DNA of 64,000 bases from Oopsacas minuta. Taxonomy: Eukaryota > Animalia > Porifera. The first letter of the stretch is position 1. Every line of letters begins with the position of its first letter. The stretch spans positions 1-64,000 of the forward strand of contig JAKMXF010000303.1 in the NCBI GenBank assembly GCA_024704765.1. The letters run 5' to 3'. Below the pieces are notes generated by a model. It was not told the DNA's origin, did not search any database, and saw only the letters and a program-made list of their open reading frames with translations. Of the stretch, positions 38,359 to 51,299 are shown piece after piece. Both the position numbers and the translations under genes were made by a program.

Positions 38359-40683
38359 ATGGGCTATCTCATCTGTGTCACATTAGCAATTCTACTTCCG
38401 ATTTCTATACTAATAGTATTGTTATTGAAGAAATATCTTATTTCTCCAAATTGTTCTACTAATATCAGACTCATTTATCAAGACACTCATTTTAACAGGG
38501 AGATAGTATCTTCCCTCCCTCAACTCACAAGTAGTTACACTCCACCCTTATTGTTCAGATATGGTATTGCATGTTTTCTTACATTTGCATTAAAGGCCAG
38601 GTAATATTAAGAATATTGTTGTGTATATATTAAGAGGATATTATTATTTATTTCTACTATATCTCTAACCATCTCTAAATGGTATGTATCCAAATGATGT
38701 GACTAGTGCTATAGTTCGCTATATTTGAGAACTGTTTATATATCCCATTTTTTCGAATATTTCTGTAACATGTCCTCCAAGAACTTGCCTGAAGTGGATC
38801 CCGAATTTTTTTGGGGCCAAACATGGTAATGTGTCATATACGTCCAAATATTAATCCCAACCTTCTGTCAAACATTAATTTACTGCTCATTAGGTTTGGA
38901 AGTAAACAGAATAAACCAATAGGGAGTAGACAGAGAGTGAGATTACCAGATGGAACTGATACAATGTTTGATCTATACTTAGATCCAATTAGAGAAGATC
39001 CTCTCCTACAGAATGTTATGATAGTAGTGTTACCTGGAATATTAAATCATAGTGGTACAGACTATATGAGAGCATATATAGAGTATGCATCTTCTCAAGG
39101 ATTCAAGGTTGCTTGTTACAATCATCTAGGTGAGCTAGTTAGCATGTAATGTGTGCTAGTAGATATAATTCTGAGGATATATTTCATGTAATATATAGCA
39201 GTTTGGTTATAGGAGGAGGTCAATATATAAAGGTATTACTTATATGTATTTGTAATTTACAATAGGATCTCTACCAGATGAAGACATTAGCTCAGAAGCA
39301 CCTCGGTTCATATCCTACGGAGGTACTGGAGACATTACTGTTATGATGGATTTCCTAATAGATAAGTTTCCTGACATGACGTATATTGGAGTTGGATTCT
39401 CTATGGGAGCAAATATCATATTGAAATATTTAGGAGAACAACCTAAGAGACAATCATACTTTTTGTGTGCTCAATCTTGGTGTCAGGGATATCATGCTGG
39501 TAGGTGTATACGCTTTGAGAAAAAAATGAGTTACCCAGAATGGATCATCTGGAAAATAGTTCACGCAAAACTAAAATATAAAATAAAAAGTCGTTACTTG
39601 GATAAGTTATATTCTACTACCTGTCTTAACAAATTGAACAAGACAGATGGGTTAGAATCTTCAGAGAATTCTCTCGTATCAAATGAACTTCCTTCTTGGG
39701 TACATACATATGCTTGTGTTAAAGGCAGGAAGAGAGGAGTCAGTGATCCTTCTAGAGATGATAACGGATACCTGATTGATGGATGGGAAGATATTCTACC
39801 TTTCAACCTACAACAGGTAAGTGTACTACAGTAGGACTCTGTTAGTACGTACTTTTCTCCAAATAGGATTTTGTACTTATTGTATAGGAAGAATATTTGG
39901 AAATAAAACATACTTCGGTTACTATGTATTACATTTTTTTCCCGAGAGGGTACGCCTAATCCGAGTTCTACTGTATTTCTAGAATATATATTATTTATCA
40001 TTTTAATATTTAGCTCACTCATTAGTTGGTTGGTGTCGAGGAGAGCAAATTTGCATATACGTATTCCTCTCAATATGCTGCTTAGACACAGTGTAAATGC
40101 TATCTTACTCAAGTTATTAAGTATAAGTTCAGAGAATATTCATTTAGTACAGTGATGGGCCACTTTTTCACGTTGAAAGTTAGTCCGCGCACCCTAAACA
40201 TTATTGCTCTTAGGATTCACACTAATTAGGTATTCATACGAAATACACCCAACTTTTTTGTTATAACAAATTCATTTATCATTTCTGATTGTGGAAAATA
40301 TTTATTTGTTCCTCCTACAACAGTTTAGAAATTCTACATTTATGGACTCACTTGATCTTTCATTTAACTGTCCTCTACTCGGATTCAAAAACTTGGATGA
40401 ATTCTATGATTGGAATTCTTCCCTCACCTACATGAACAAGATTAAAGATTTGCCAGTTTTGCTAGTCAACCCTAAAAACGACTATTTAGTTCCTTGGCAA
40501 GTAATTGAGGATATAGTGAAGGGTTATTGTGAAGGAATTAACGCTAATGCAATAGGAGTATGGCCTGACTATGGAGGACATCTAGCATTCTATCAAGGTT
40601 CTTATTTTTCGTCTCGTGTCTCATGGTTAGACGTAGTCTCTATTCAACATGCAAGGAGCATTGTATTATCCTATTCCAGTTAG
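38359..40683 (+). CDS. ABHD1/2/3-family lipase copy 3, join(38359..38600,38894..39129,39266..39816,40324..40683)
   Basis: GFSMG, NPKNDY and GGHLAF. Same exon structure. Confidence 0.86.
39829..39973. mobile_element. pogo/Tc1-type MITE in intron 3 of ABHD copy 3
   Basis: TA|CAGTAGGACTC ... GAGTTCTACTG|TA. Same family as 19225-19406. Confidence 0.8.
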
Positions 40684-41851
40684 GCGAATAGGTAATTGAT
40701 TGTGTTAATTTATTAAACGGTGTATTATTTTTCTAATTTAAGTTTTAAAAACCATTGCGAAAATTTGTGGTATGACGTATGTACTAACGCTTAGAATAAA
40801 AATAGCCAAAGTCCATACTATGATCAATATTACTCAAGGCATGAAAGTACGATTTGTGGACGATGTATCAATAATGAGCCCACTAGTGCACTATGTATTG
40901 TCTGTTGGCTTCATGTTGAAGCTGATGTATATGTAAAGTCATTAATCACCTCTAGGAATTCATTTGATTCCGCTCCTCTCTTCATAGTCTTTCTACTCTC
41001 ATGCGATACCTCGAGGAGCGGAGTGACGAGATCTTCGCGAAGCTTAAAACTTGAAAGTTTGTGTAAATTAACTAAATCTGCTTCCAACACTTCATGAATT
41101 TAGCTTGACCCGACTTTCATCCTTACATCCCTATAGCTGGGTACTGTCCCACAATCAAGCTACTCCACCGTAAATTGAAGTTGAATCATTATTTGACATC
41201 TAATATCAATTTCATAGCTCTTACCAGTTTATCAATCAAATATAACTTGACTTCCTAGCAATAATTATAACACATAAGCCCATCATACACGATGCAGTTC
41301 CACCGTACGGAGGCCGTTCGAAATCTAGCAGTCTGTATAACGAGAAGATTGGTACACATCTACTGGTTGTGTCTGGGATTTGCACCTTGAGTATGATATT
41401 TTTTCTAAAGAGAAATTTTTCACACCTTTCTATGTAAGATTCAAAGTATCCTATAAGTTAGGTTTCAACATGTCAGGGGTACACACCCAAACGTAATGGT
41501 ATCCAATTCTACATGGACAAATTTCTAATACAATAGTATTACATACGTACACTATAGATGGCAACATTTCATTTTATGTACAATATAGTTACTTATGTGC
41601 TTCTAAACCGAATTAAGAGGATGGTTAAAGCCTTTTCGATAATAGCGGTTAAACACTGCAATTATTCTTAATACAATCAATGTTGTGTGACTAAAATTGA
41701 AAATATCAATACATAGCTATTATATGATGTTATCCACTTAAACTATTGGAATTTGAGAATACGGAACTAGAATGTAACATCACATCAATACCGAACTAGC
41801 ATAATTCGCGTATATATTATTTCGTATCTCTCAAACCCTTAGGAACACTGA

Positions 41852-42135
41852 CAGGGTTCTATCTAGGATGTTAAATTTGGGGGGGGGGGAAGCTTTGAAA
41901 TCCTTAGTACCCAATTATCAAAATATTACAACCTTGAAGTAAACACCAAACCTTTAATTTAATTCCTAATAATGAAGATTTCCCATTTGTTATTTATTTA
42001 CACTTCAAATAGTATTTTCACAATGAATTGATATTTTAATAATTTATCAATTGAATAATATATTGCGATTAATAGTACATTTTATGAGATTTTTGGGGGG
42101 GAAGCTTCCCCCCCCCCCCAGTAGATAGAACCCTG
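41852..42135. mobile_element. MITE with 5-bp TSD inserted in the left foldback arm
   Basis: ACTGA|CAGGGTTCTATCTA ... TAGATAGAACCCTG|ACTGA. The opposite arm shows the empty site. Confidence 0.85.
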
Positions 42136-42623
42136 ACTGAAAATATTGGTGGAAATGACACTTTTAGGTTAACCGAATATATTTTATCCCAGTAGTTAAC
42201 TGGATATAGCAGAGGTTAGCCGGCTTACAGAATCTAACCCTGTCTGAACAAATTATTTAGCAATTGGAACAGTGCAGTTCGTATTAACGAGGATGCTGCA
42301 TACAATTATATATCTATATATGATTTATTTCATGGAGGAGTTATTCTCAGGACCAAGGGTTTCATAGGAAAATCCCAAGACCCTAGGGCCCCAGCTCGAA
42401 ATTTTATCCCAGGACCCTAAGGTCCTAGTCTAAATATTCGCTCCAGGACCCTACATTTACTAATGCAAATTTAACTTTATATTTCTACTATTAAACACAC
42501 ATTTTGTTTTTGTCCATAATCCGATCAAACACCACGCCAGTTATCTAAACAGTATACCTGAAATGCTCATATCCTGCGCTAATGTAAATGAAAGAATCTA
42601 ATTAAAATTAAGATACACTAGAC

Positions 42624-43159
42624 CAGTGTTTCTCAACGTCTGACATCCATTCCTCCGTTAGCGACCCCCAGGATCTTGCATAGCCTCCCAATCTTAGAAA
42701 CATTATACCTTAATTTTTGTAATAGATATGATTAATTTTTCAGTTAGTCTACCAAACAACAATAGAAAATTTTCGTTTTGGCATTTTGAATAGAACTACG
42801 TATAATAATCCAAAATATATAACAAAATAATGCATAAATATGATGTTGACATCACCACTTATACATTAGCTGAACAGTGATAATGTTACCGAACAAGTAT
42901 TATTATTCATAAATATTAAACGCCTATCTATATTCGATGTATACTTCTATGTTTGGATGTGTTTAATCAATAATATTTGGTTAGATATCATAATATAAAT
43001 ATTTGTACAAGTTCTGAACCCGGTTAAGTCAAAATTAATTGACTAGGTGAATCGATTTTGAGTGGTTAGTGACCCATTAGACCTGGTGGATAATCCTTTA
43101 ACATAATCCTCCGTAATTCCTCCCCAGGGGGGCCAAGTGGACCCCGTTGAGAATCACTG
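42624..43159. mobile_element. hAT (Charlie-like) MITE
   Basis: TIR CAGTGTTTCTCAAC / GTTGAGAATCACTG with a perfect 8-bp TSD CACTAGAC. Confidence 0.9.
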
Positions 43160-44310
43160 CACTAGACTGATATAATAAGTTTTTAAAATACACTAAATAC
43201 AGGGTTCTAGATATAATTTTCCTATTTCATGATTGTTCATATTTTATATTTTGACTTAATTTCAAAATGACGCATTGCTTTACATTTTGACTCATAAATT
43301 CCAAATTAGGTATTATTTGGTGATTCATCATAGAATGAGGAAGTCCTTAGTGTAAATAGTATAATTCGTCTTAGAGTAATAATTCAAGGGTTAGATTCTG
43401 TTAACCAGTTAACCGCCACTATATCCGGTTAACTACTGGGGTAAAATATATTCGGTTAACCGAAAAGTGTCATTTCCACAAAATATTCAGTGTTTCTAAG
43501 GGTTTGAGAGATACAAAATTATAAACACACGAAGTATGCTAGTTCGGTATGGATGTGATGTTACATTCTATTTCCGTATTCTCAAATTTCAATGGTTTAG
43601 AAAATATCATCGCTTCACGATTCCATATATGATAGCTATGTATTGGTATATTCAATTTTAGTCACAAAAACATCACTGATTGTGATTGTATTAAGAATAA
43701 TTGCAGTGTTTAACGGTTAACCGCTATTATCTAACTGATTATTATTATAGAGGAACGTTCAAATTAACTCCAAGAATCAATATATTTCTTAGCGATAATA
43801 CACAATCACAAAACCAGAATCATACGTATGCGCATGCTTACTACACTCCAGAAATAAATAAAAATGTTCAGCCGACAGACTAGTAGCGCAGCTCGGGCCT
43901 CTAGATCATATTTATTACCAATTAACATAATAATTAGTCGTTAAAACCCGAATATTCATATCATTCGACTTATAAGTCAAAGGTGGTGAAAGATGATTAA
44001 TCATATGATAAATCATGTAGAGGATTGAAAATTGAACTCTAAATACTCAATTACCCCTGACTAACAGAGGAAATGAAATTTCTAGCATCACTTTGAAATA
44101 TTTGCAAAAGGATGTAAAAATATGATTAATCATATGAATTTCTAGCCTCAGGTTAATCTCAAAATCGGACTCTACGCGGCCAATTACACCTGACAACATC
44201 ATATAAGCAAGCATATCATAATCGCAGGGGCTGGGGTTGGTTAACTGAACTAAGGGGGTGGTTAAAACCTTTTCTATTATTCATCAGATATTTTGTTTTC
44301 AGATATATAC

Positions 44311-46276
44311 ATGGGCTATCTCATCTGTGTCACATTAGCAATTCTACTTCCGATTTCTATACTAATAGTATTGTTATTGAAGAAATATCTTATTTCTCCA
44401 AATTGTTCTACTAATATCAGACTCATTTATCAAGACACTCATTTTAACAGGGAGATAGTATCTTCCCTCCCTCAACTCACAAGTAGTTACACTCCACCCT
44501 TATTGTTCAGATATGGCATTGTCAGTACTTTAGCTTTCGCAGCATTCGGCAGGTAACGTTAAAAGCGATTTCTAGAAATATTTCATCTCGATATTTACTA
44601 TGCTAGCGACCTAGCAATTGAAGTGGGCTAGTATAGATTAATTGCATTTTAAGTTAAAGGATTAATTAGGATAATATAATCTCATTTTTCTTGGTGATGC
44701 ATCTGGCTGTGCATTAAGTAGGCCATGATTGGTGGGGTGGAGCTCCATTGAGCTAGAAAAAGTAAAATCGATGAGGGATGGATAAAGCTTATTCGCTAGA
44801 AAAAACAAGCTTCACCATTGCCTATAGGATTAGGGCCCAACTGACAACCCTCACTGTATAATATTGATTATCCCACTGCTTATAATTACGTAGGTTTAAA
44901 CGTAAACAGAGTAAACCAATAGGGAGTAGACAGAGAGTGAGATTACCAGATGGAACTGATACAATGTTTGATCTATACTTAGATCCAATTAGAGAAGATC
45001 CTCTCCTACAGAATGTTATGATAGTAGTGTTACCTGGAATATTAAATCATAGTGGTACAGACTATATGAGAGCATATATAGAGTATGCATCTTCTCAAGG
45101 ATTCAAGGTTGCTTGTTACAATCATCTAGGTGAGCTAGTTAGCATGTAATGTGTGCTAGTAGATATGATTCTGAGGATATATTTCATGTAATATATAGCA
45201 GTTTGGTTATAGGAGGAGGTCAATATATAAAGGTATTACTTATATGTATTTGTAATTTACAATAGGATCTCTACCAGATGAAGACGTTAGCTCAGAAGCA
45301 CCTCGGTTCATATCCTACGGAGGTACTGGAGACATTACTGTTATGATGGATTTCCTAATAGATAAGTTTCCTGACATGACGTATATTGGAGTTGGATTCT
45401 CTATGGGAGCAAATATCATATTGAAATATTTAGGAGAACAACCTAAGAGACAATCATACTTTTTGTGTGCTCAATCTTGGTGTCAGGGATATCATGCTGG
45501 AAAGTTTGCGAATAAGCTGGGCATTGTTTCATGGCTTATATATAAACTTGTTTTTATTAAACTAAAGTATATAATCAAAAGTCGTTACTTGGATAAGTTA
45601 TATTCTACTACCTGTCTTAACAAATTGAACAAGACAGATGAGTTAGAATCTTCAGAGAATTCTCTCGTATCAAATGAACTTCCTTCTTGGGTACATACAT
45701 ATGCTTGTGTTAAAGGCAGGAAGAGAGGAGTCAGTGATCCTTCTAGAGATGATAACGGATACCTGATTGATGGATGGGAAGATATTCCACCCTTCAACCT
45801 ACAACAGGTAAGACCTTAAGAGTATTATCTAGTATCTAGAATATTTATTATTACCATTTTACAATAGTAAAGGTATCATTTATTTGTTCCTCCTACAACA
45901 GTTTAGAAATTCTACATTTATGGACTCACTTGATCTTTCATTTAACTGTCCTCTACTCGGATTCAAAAACTTGAGTGAATTCTATGATTGGAATTCTTCC
46001 CTCACCTATATGAACAAGATTAAGGATTTACCAGTTTTGCTAGTCAACCCTAAAAACGACTATTTAGTTCCTTGGCAAGTAATTGAGGATATAGTGAAGG
46101 GTTATTGTGAAGGAATTAACGCTAATGCAATAGGAGTATGGCCTGACTATGGAGGACATCTAGCATTCTATCAAGGTTCTTATTTTCCGTCTCGTGTCTC
46201 ATGGTTAGACGTAGTCTCTATTCAACATGCAAGGAGCATTGTATTATCACAGACCAGCCAAGTTCTGAATGAGTAG
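44311..46276 (+). CDS. ABHD1/2/3-family lipase copy 4, join(44311..44552,44894..45129,45266..45807,45902..46276)
   Basis: Near-identical to copy 3 except for short patches. Catalytic Ser, Asp and His are intact. Confidence 0.86.
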
Positions 46277-46711
46277 GTATCGGCAATTTTACTTCCTTGA
46301 TTATTGGCCTCTTACTTTTATTATTTTATTAAATGTTCAATTTTTAATACTGTCAGCGTTCATACACGTATGTCATTTATTTACACTACATGGTTTATTT
46401 GTACAATGTACATGTTTCATTATGAATTAATATAGATAGAGCTCAGCTCTATTTATATTATCTCTTTCATTATTTTATGGATAATGTATTTTCGTCAAAT
46501 TGACAAATTATACTAGTATTCACTTATTCTTGCATTTTAACTAATCTGAAAGATTTCTTGATTATCGAATCTAATACCTTGATTTCCAACCTGGGGTCCG
46601 TGGAATATATAGATAGTGTAGTTCACAGTGCAAAAAGGTAGGAAACCCTGGTCTAGTAATTGTAGTTTGTTTACAAAGTAATACTCTTGATAAAACACAT
46701 ATATTGTTAGC

Positions 46712-48620
46712 ATGATTCGTCTCTATCCACTGAGGAATATAGCCAGTATTTTTCGTAGTCATCAGACATGTATGGTGTTCAGCTCTACCTCATCTCCTCG
46801 ATTCCAACAGACGAGTCCAGTATCCCCTGGGCACCCTATTTCTGTATTCAACTACAAGGATCCTCTGTTGCTGGAAGAACAGCTGACTCAAGAAGAGATT
46901 ATCATCAGGGATCAAGTAAGATATCTATAATTAATTGTAGTGCTTTTCATCCTATTTATTGCGGCAGCCTGCGGAACAGCAGTTTCAGCTGTTAACAGCG
47001 TATTACAACAAAAATTAGGGGAATCATCAATGGGATTTAGAGGGAGGATAGATTTACTGCTAACAGCATTTCTACCATCCCTATTTTTTGGGAAACTATG
47101 TGACTGATATCTGGGTAAAGATACTTGAGATTACCTATACTGTAGGTAAGAGAGTTTTGTGATACACAGCTGATGCCACGGATCCTCCAGGCTAACAGAG
47201 AGGGCTGGAGACCCTCCCAAGAGGGAAGCAACATTCTTCCAGAACTAGGGAAACTTGGTGTATTGGGTTCCACTATTGAGGGGTATGGATGTGCAGGTAC
47301 CTCCTCTGTAGCTTACGGACTGATCGCTAGAGAGATTGAGCGTGTAGACAGTAGCTATAGGAGTGCTATGAGTGTACAATCCAGTCTTGTAATGCATCCT
47401 ATACATTCATTTGGAACAGACGAGCAGAAAGAAAGGTGAATTAAGAAATTAATGTAAGGATCATACTGAATCATAGCCAGCCTTGGCAGACTACTGGCGC
47501 ACAGGTGGCGCATGAACAGGGCAAGTGGTGCAACATCACCTGGCGCAACATTAAAACAAGGAGCCCAAATGCGCCAGTTGCGCCAGCCTGTCTACGCCAC
47601 TGATAATACGTATACCTGTTTCACATCACGAATATTCCCATTCACAGCACACGTAACTGCGATTCTCATTAATTTATTCAGTCATAATTGACAGTGTTTA
47701 TGAAATCTAAATAATATTTGCAGCTGTAGTCGTTTTCCAACAATAAACTGTATATGAAGTCACATGCTATTGTGCATTCACTTAGATGGCTCCCAAGACT
47801 GGCTAGTGGAGAATTAGTTGGTTGTTTCGGTCTGACAGAGCCAGACCATGGAAGTGATCCTAGTGGTATGCTAACAAGAGCAGAATATGACCCCTCTAAG
47901 AAGTGCTACATCCTAAACGGATCCAAGTCATGGATAACTAACTCCCCAATAGCGGACCTGCTGCTGGTGTGGGCACGATCCAAGGAGGAGGGAGGGAAGG
48001 TGAAAGGATTCGTATTAGAAAGAGGAATGAGAGGGTTAAGCACTCCTGTGATAGACGGTAAATTCTCCTTACGGGCCTCTGCTACCGGACAGATCCTCAT
48101 GGACCAAGTGGAAGTACCGAGAGAGAACCTCCTCTCCGGGGTAACAGGACTCAAAGGACCATTTTCCTGTCTCAACAACGCGAGGTTTGGTATCTGTTGG
48201 GGGGCACTGGGTGCTGCAGAGTTTTGCATGGAAACAGCGAGGAGCTATACGATGGAGAGAAAGCAGTTCGGAAGGCCTCTTGCTAAGAACCAATTGATTC
48301 AAAAGAAATTAGCAGATATGATGGTAGAAATTAATTTAGGTCTTCTAGCTTGTCTGAGACTTGGAAGATTGAAAGATGAAGGGAAGTTAACACCAGAGAT
48401 GATATCCATGCTTAAGCGGAATTCCTGTGGAAAGGCTTTAGAGATCGCGAGGACAGCTAGAGACATGCTAGGAGGTAATGGTGTATCAGACGAATATCAC
48501 GTCATCCGTCATTCAATGAATCTGGAAGCAGTAAACACATACGAAGGTACCCATGACATACATGCTCTTATAATAGGCAAGGCTATTACAGGCTTACAAG
48601 CTTTCACTGCAGATAGATGA
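46712..48620 (+). CDS. GCDH: Glutaryl-CoA dehydrogenase, mitochondrial, join(46712..46915,47146..47435,47786..48620)
   Basis: Presequence, [46 protein letters not shown] and [13 protein letters not shown]. Confidence 0.96.
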
Positions 48621-49130
48621 GTTATAATTCCGAAAGCTTTGTACGTAATGCAAGTACGTATTGTTCTGTATTGCTAAGTATATACGAGTAATATATTATT
48701 AACTACAGTTAACGAGTATACTAAAAGGGGAAGTGAATTTTCGTTTGATATTACGAATGTTCGAGTTACGAATGTTGACTGTAGTAAGTTTACTCTGGGA
48801 TTTTCCTGTGCTCACTATACAATAGTATGTTCTTGTACATATGGTCCCCCAAGCTCCCAATTAGTTAATAAATAATATTTTAAGCGAAAGGTTAAGTGAA
48901 GCCAAAATAAATATAAATGAAGCCATATTGAATTGTTATTAGAAAGTGTTTCGTAATTAAGAGGGGACCATTTGTACCAAAATCTGAGAGATTTGGTACA
49001 TATGGTCCTAGCGGACCAAATATCCTGGGGACCATATGTACCACAACATATAGTCTCCCAGTATTGTTTATCCATTTATGCAAGTTATTACGTAATATAT
49101 ATTACAAGATGCTTCTATTTGACTTTCTCA

Positions 49131-51008
49131 ATGGATTGGTTTGGAAATGAAGCAAAGAATCTTGAATTTGATAAATACATCCAAGAATTACCTGGAGGTG
49201 ATCAAGATATCCTCAGAGAATATTTTATTTTAATTTATACAAAATACAGAACAAATGCTCCAGTACAAGATATATCTCAAGTATTACAGGAAATAATTAG
49301 AACTAATATCAAGGAATTGACTGATAAGAGATGTCTTAAAATAACAAGGATCATAAAAAAAGCTATTGAATTTAGTGAAACTTTAATTGTATACGATTCT
49401 ACAATATCTCATACTACACCCAAACCTCCAGAACATGTATCAAATACAGATCCTGATGATTCCAACATTGATACTGTATCAGTTAGTGAGTACAATAGAG
49501 AAGGTAATCGTTTGTTCAAAAATAGAAAATTTAGAGAAGCAATTTTATGTTATTCCAAGGCTATAGCTATAGATCCTAATAACCCTTATTATTACAGCAA
49601 CAGAGCAATAAGTCATTTAAAGCTAGAAATGTTTGAAGAAGCACTGTCTGACGCTGAGGAGGCAATCTCTTTAGATCCTCAAACCTCGAAGTATAGAATT
49701 AGATTGGCTAGAGCATATGCTGGTTTAGGAGATCATAAGAAATACTGTGATATATTAGAACAATTGTCTGATTTGAGTGAAAATATGCAAGCAACTCTTG
49801 AGAAGGAATATAAACTAGCTCAGAATACCAGAGGGAAATTTGATTATAAGGAAATGGCAAATAATGTAAAAAATGGAGAAGTAATCGAGATTGGCGATTT
49901 CATAGGACCTGTCTCTATACGATTCATCGGAGAACAGGGGAATGCTCTGTTTGCTAGTAAGAATATAAAGAAAGGAGAAATTATCCTTGTTACTAAGGCA
50001 GTTGCTTTTACTCGTTCTTCCAGTATACACACTTGTACCACTCCAGTAATTCCACAAGCTGAGAATAACACAGATAATAAGAAACTAAAACTATTAAATA
50101 CTCTGTCTAGGAAAGCTAAACACTCGAAACTAACATCTCACAGACTGTATCATTTGTATGCTAGGGAAATAGAGAGGAATCCTATCCCTATAGAGCTATA
50201 TAGCTCAATAGGGTATCAGGTAGTCCGGGATCTAGATTGTATTCATCATACAACAGCTGATCTGGACCATATAATATGTTATAAGAGCTACTCTGTTTTC
50301 CATGATCCTCATATAGCTCCCAGAGATACATCGAGAGAGCAGAGAGGAGTTTGGTACATCCCTTCGTTCATAAACCATTCTTGTCTCCCAACTGCACACC
50401 AGAGATTCATTGGAGACATCTCTATCATTCAAGCTAATATAGACATGAATATAGACACAGAGATTACACTCAGCTATATAGCAGTGTTACAGTATGCTAG
50501 TGTAGAAGAGAGGAGAAGAGAGTTGTTAGAAAGATGGAGATTTATTTGTCATTGTGAATTGTGTGAATTTGAATCTGATGCTAGGAACTTAAACATAATT
50601 ACAAGATGTCTTCAACTACGTGAATCTACTCAGAAGATAGCTTCTCTCTCGAATAACCCTCTACAGATTATTGGTCCTACTCAATACAAAGTGCTAACAG
50701 ATGTAATTGCATTAGCAGAAGAGATAAAACTTAACAACAGGTGGTTCAATGCACATCTCTGGCAAGCAATAATATGTCTGACTAAACTGAAAATATCTCC
50801 AAGTGACTATTCAATATACTGTGAATTCATAGATAAGATCAAATCCTACATTTGTGATTTAGAACTTACGCATCAACTAGACCTATGGAGCAATTGTCTA
50901 TCATACTTAGAGTATATACAACTACATGAAACGAATGAGCGACGTAAGGATGTTGATGACAGATACCAACAAGTAAAGGATAGATACAGTATCACTTACA
51001 AATATTAA
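49131..51008 (+). CDS. TPR + SET domain protein (SMYD-like lysine methyltransferase), intronless
   Basis: Three TPRs (NREGNRLFK...YSNRA...IRLARA), SET motifs GNALFA, SFINHSCLPT and EITLSY, and post-SET FICHCELC. First ATG at 49131. Confidence 0.85.
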   Translation: MDWFGNEAKNLEFDKYIQELPGGDQDILREYFILIYTKYRTNAPVQDISQVLQEIIRTNIKELTDKRCLKITRIIKKAIEFSETLIVYDSTISHTTPKPPEHVSNTDPDDSNIDTVSVSEYNREGNRLFKNRKFREAILCYSKAIAIDPNNPYYYSNRAISHLKLEMFEEALSDAEEAISLDPQTSKYRIRLARAYAGLGDHKKYCDILEQLSDLSENMQATLEKEYKLAQNTRGKFDYKEMANNVKNGEVIEIGDFIGPVSIRFIGEQGNALFASKNIKKGEIILVTKAVAFTRSSSIHTCTTPVIPQAENNTDNKKLKLLNTLSRKAKHSKLTSHRLYHLYAREIERNPIPIELYSSIGYQVVRDLDCIHHTTADLDHIICYKSYSVFHDPHIAPRDTSREQRGVWYIPSFINHSCLPTAHQRFIGDISIIQANIDMNIDTEITLSYIAVLQYASVEERRRELLERWRFICHCELCEFESDARNLNIITRCLQLRESTQKIASLSNNPLQIIGPTQYKVLTDVIALAEEIKLNNRWFNAHLWQAIICLTKLKISPSDYSIYCEFIDKIKSYICDLELTHQLDLWSNCLSYLEYIQLHETNERRKDVDDRYQQVKDRYSITYKY

Positions 51009-51299
51009 TATGCAATTGGTACATATCCTACTAACTCATGTATTTACTCTACTATTAGGAATACATAACCATTGCTCTACCGAGTTGAGAAGCCTGCCTC
51101 TGAGGAGACTAATAATAATGCACATCTGGGCTATAGCAGGTTTCTATGATTGCTTTTGCTACTAACTATTCAATCTTTTGAATTCGAATTTATTTATTTA
51201 TACAATTTCTAATAACTTCGGAGATTGATTAAGGATTTCAATTCTTTTCTAATTCACTTCATAACATAATACTATTTATTTTCATAAATTTAGAATCAA

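Larger units (their letters stand above)
41638..43731. mobile_element. Foldback-like element with long (about 0.3 kb) inverted arms, 41638-42241 and 43387-43731
   Basis: The arms align as reverse complements along their length once the MITE at 41852-42135 is removed. No coding capacity and no clear TSD. Confidence 0.75.

Noticed and set aside
40850-41500. Coding-like stretch on the minus strand
   Set aside because: Multiple stops and no recognisable motif; probably a decayed element, so no call is supported.
38894-45266. Exactly 6000-bp offset between exons 2-3 of ABHD copies 3 and 4 as a sign of artefactual duplication
   Set aside because: The offsets of exons 1 and 4 differ, introns 1 and 3 are unrelated, and the coding patches differ. 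Treated as coincidence, though long reads should confirm.
48972-49130. N-terminal extension of the TPR-SET ORF and small ORFs at 48815-49083
   Set aside because: These derive from a GGGGACCATATGTACC-type repeat remnant with a non-ATG start; the first ATG is at 49131.
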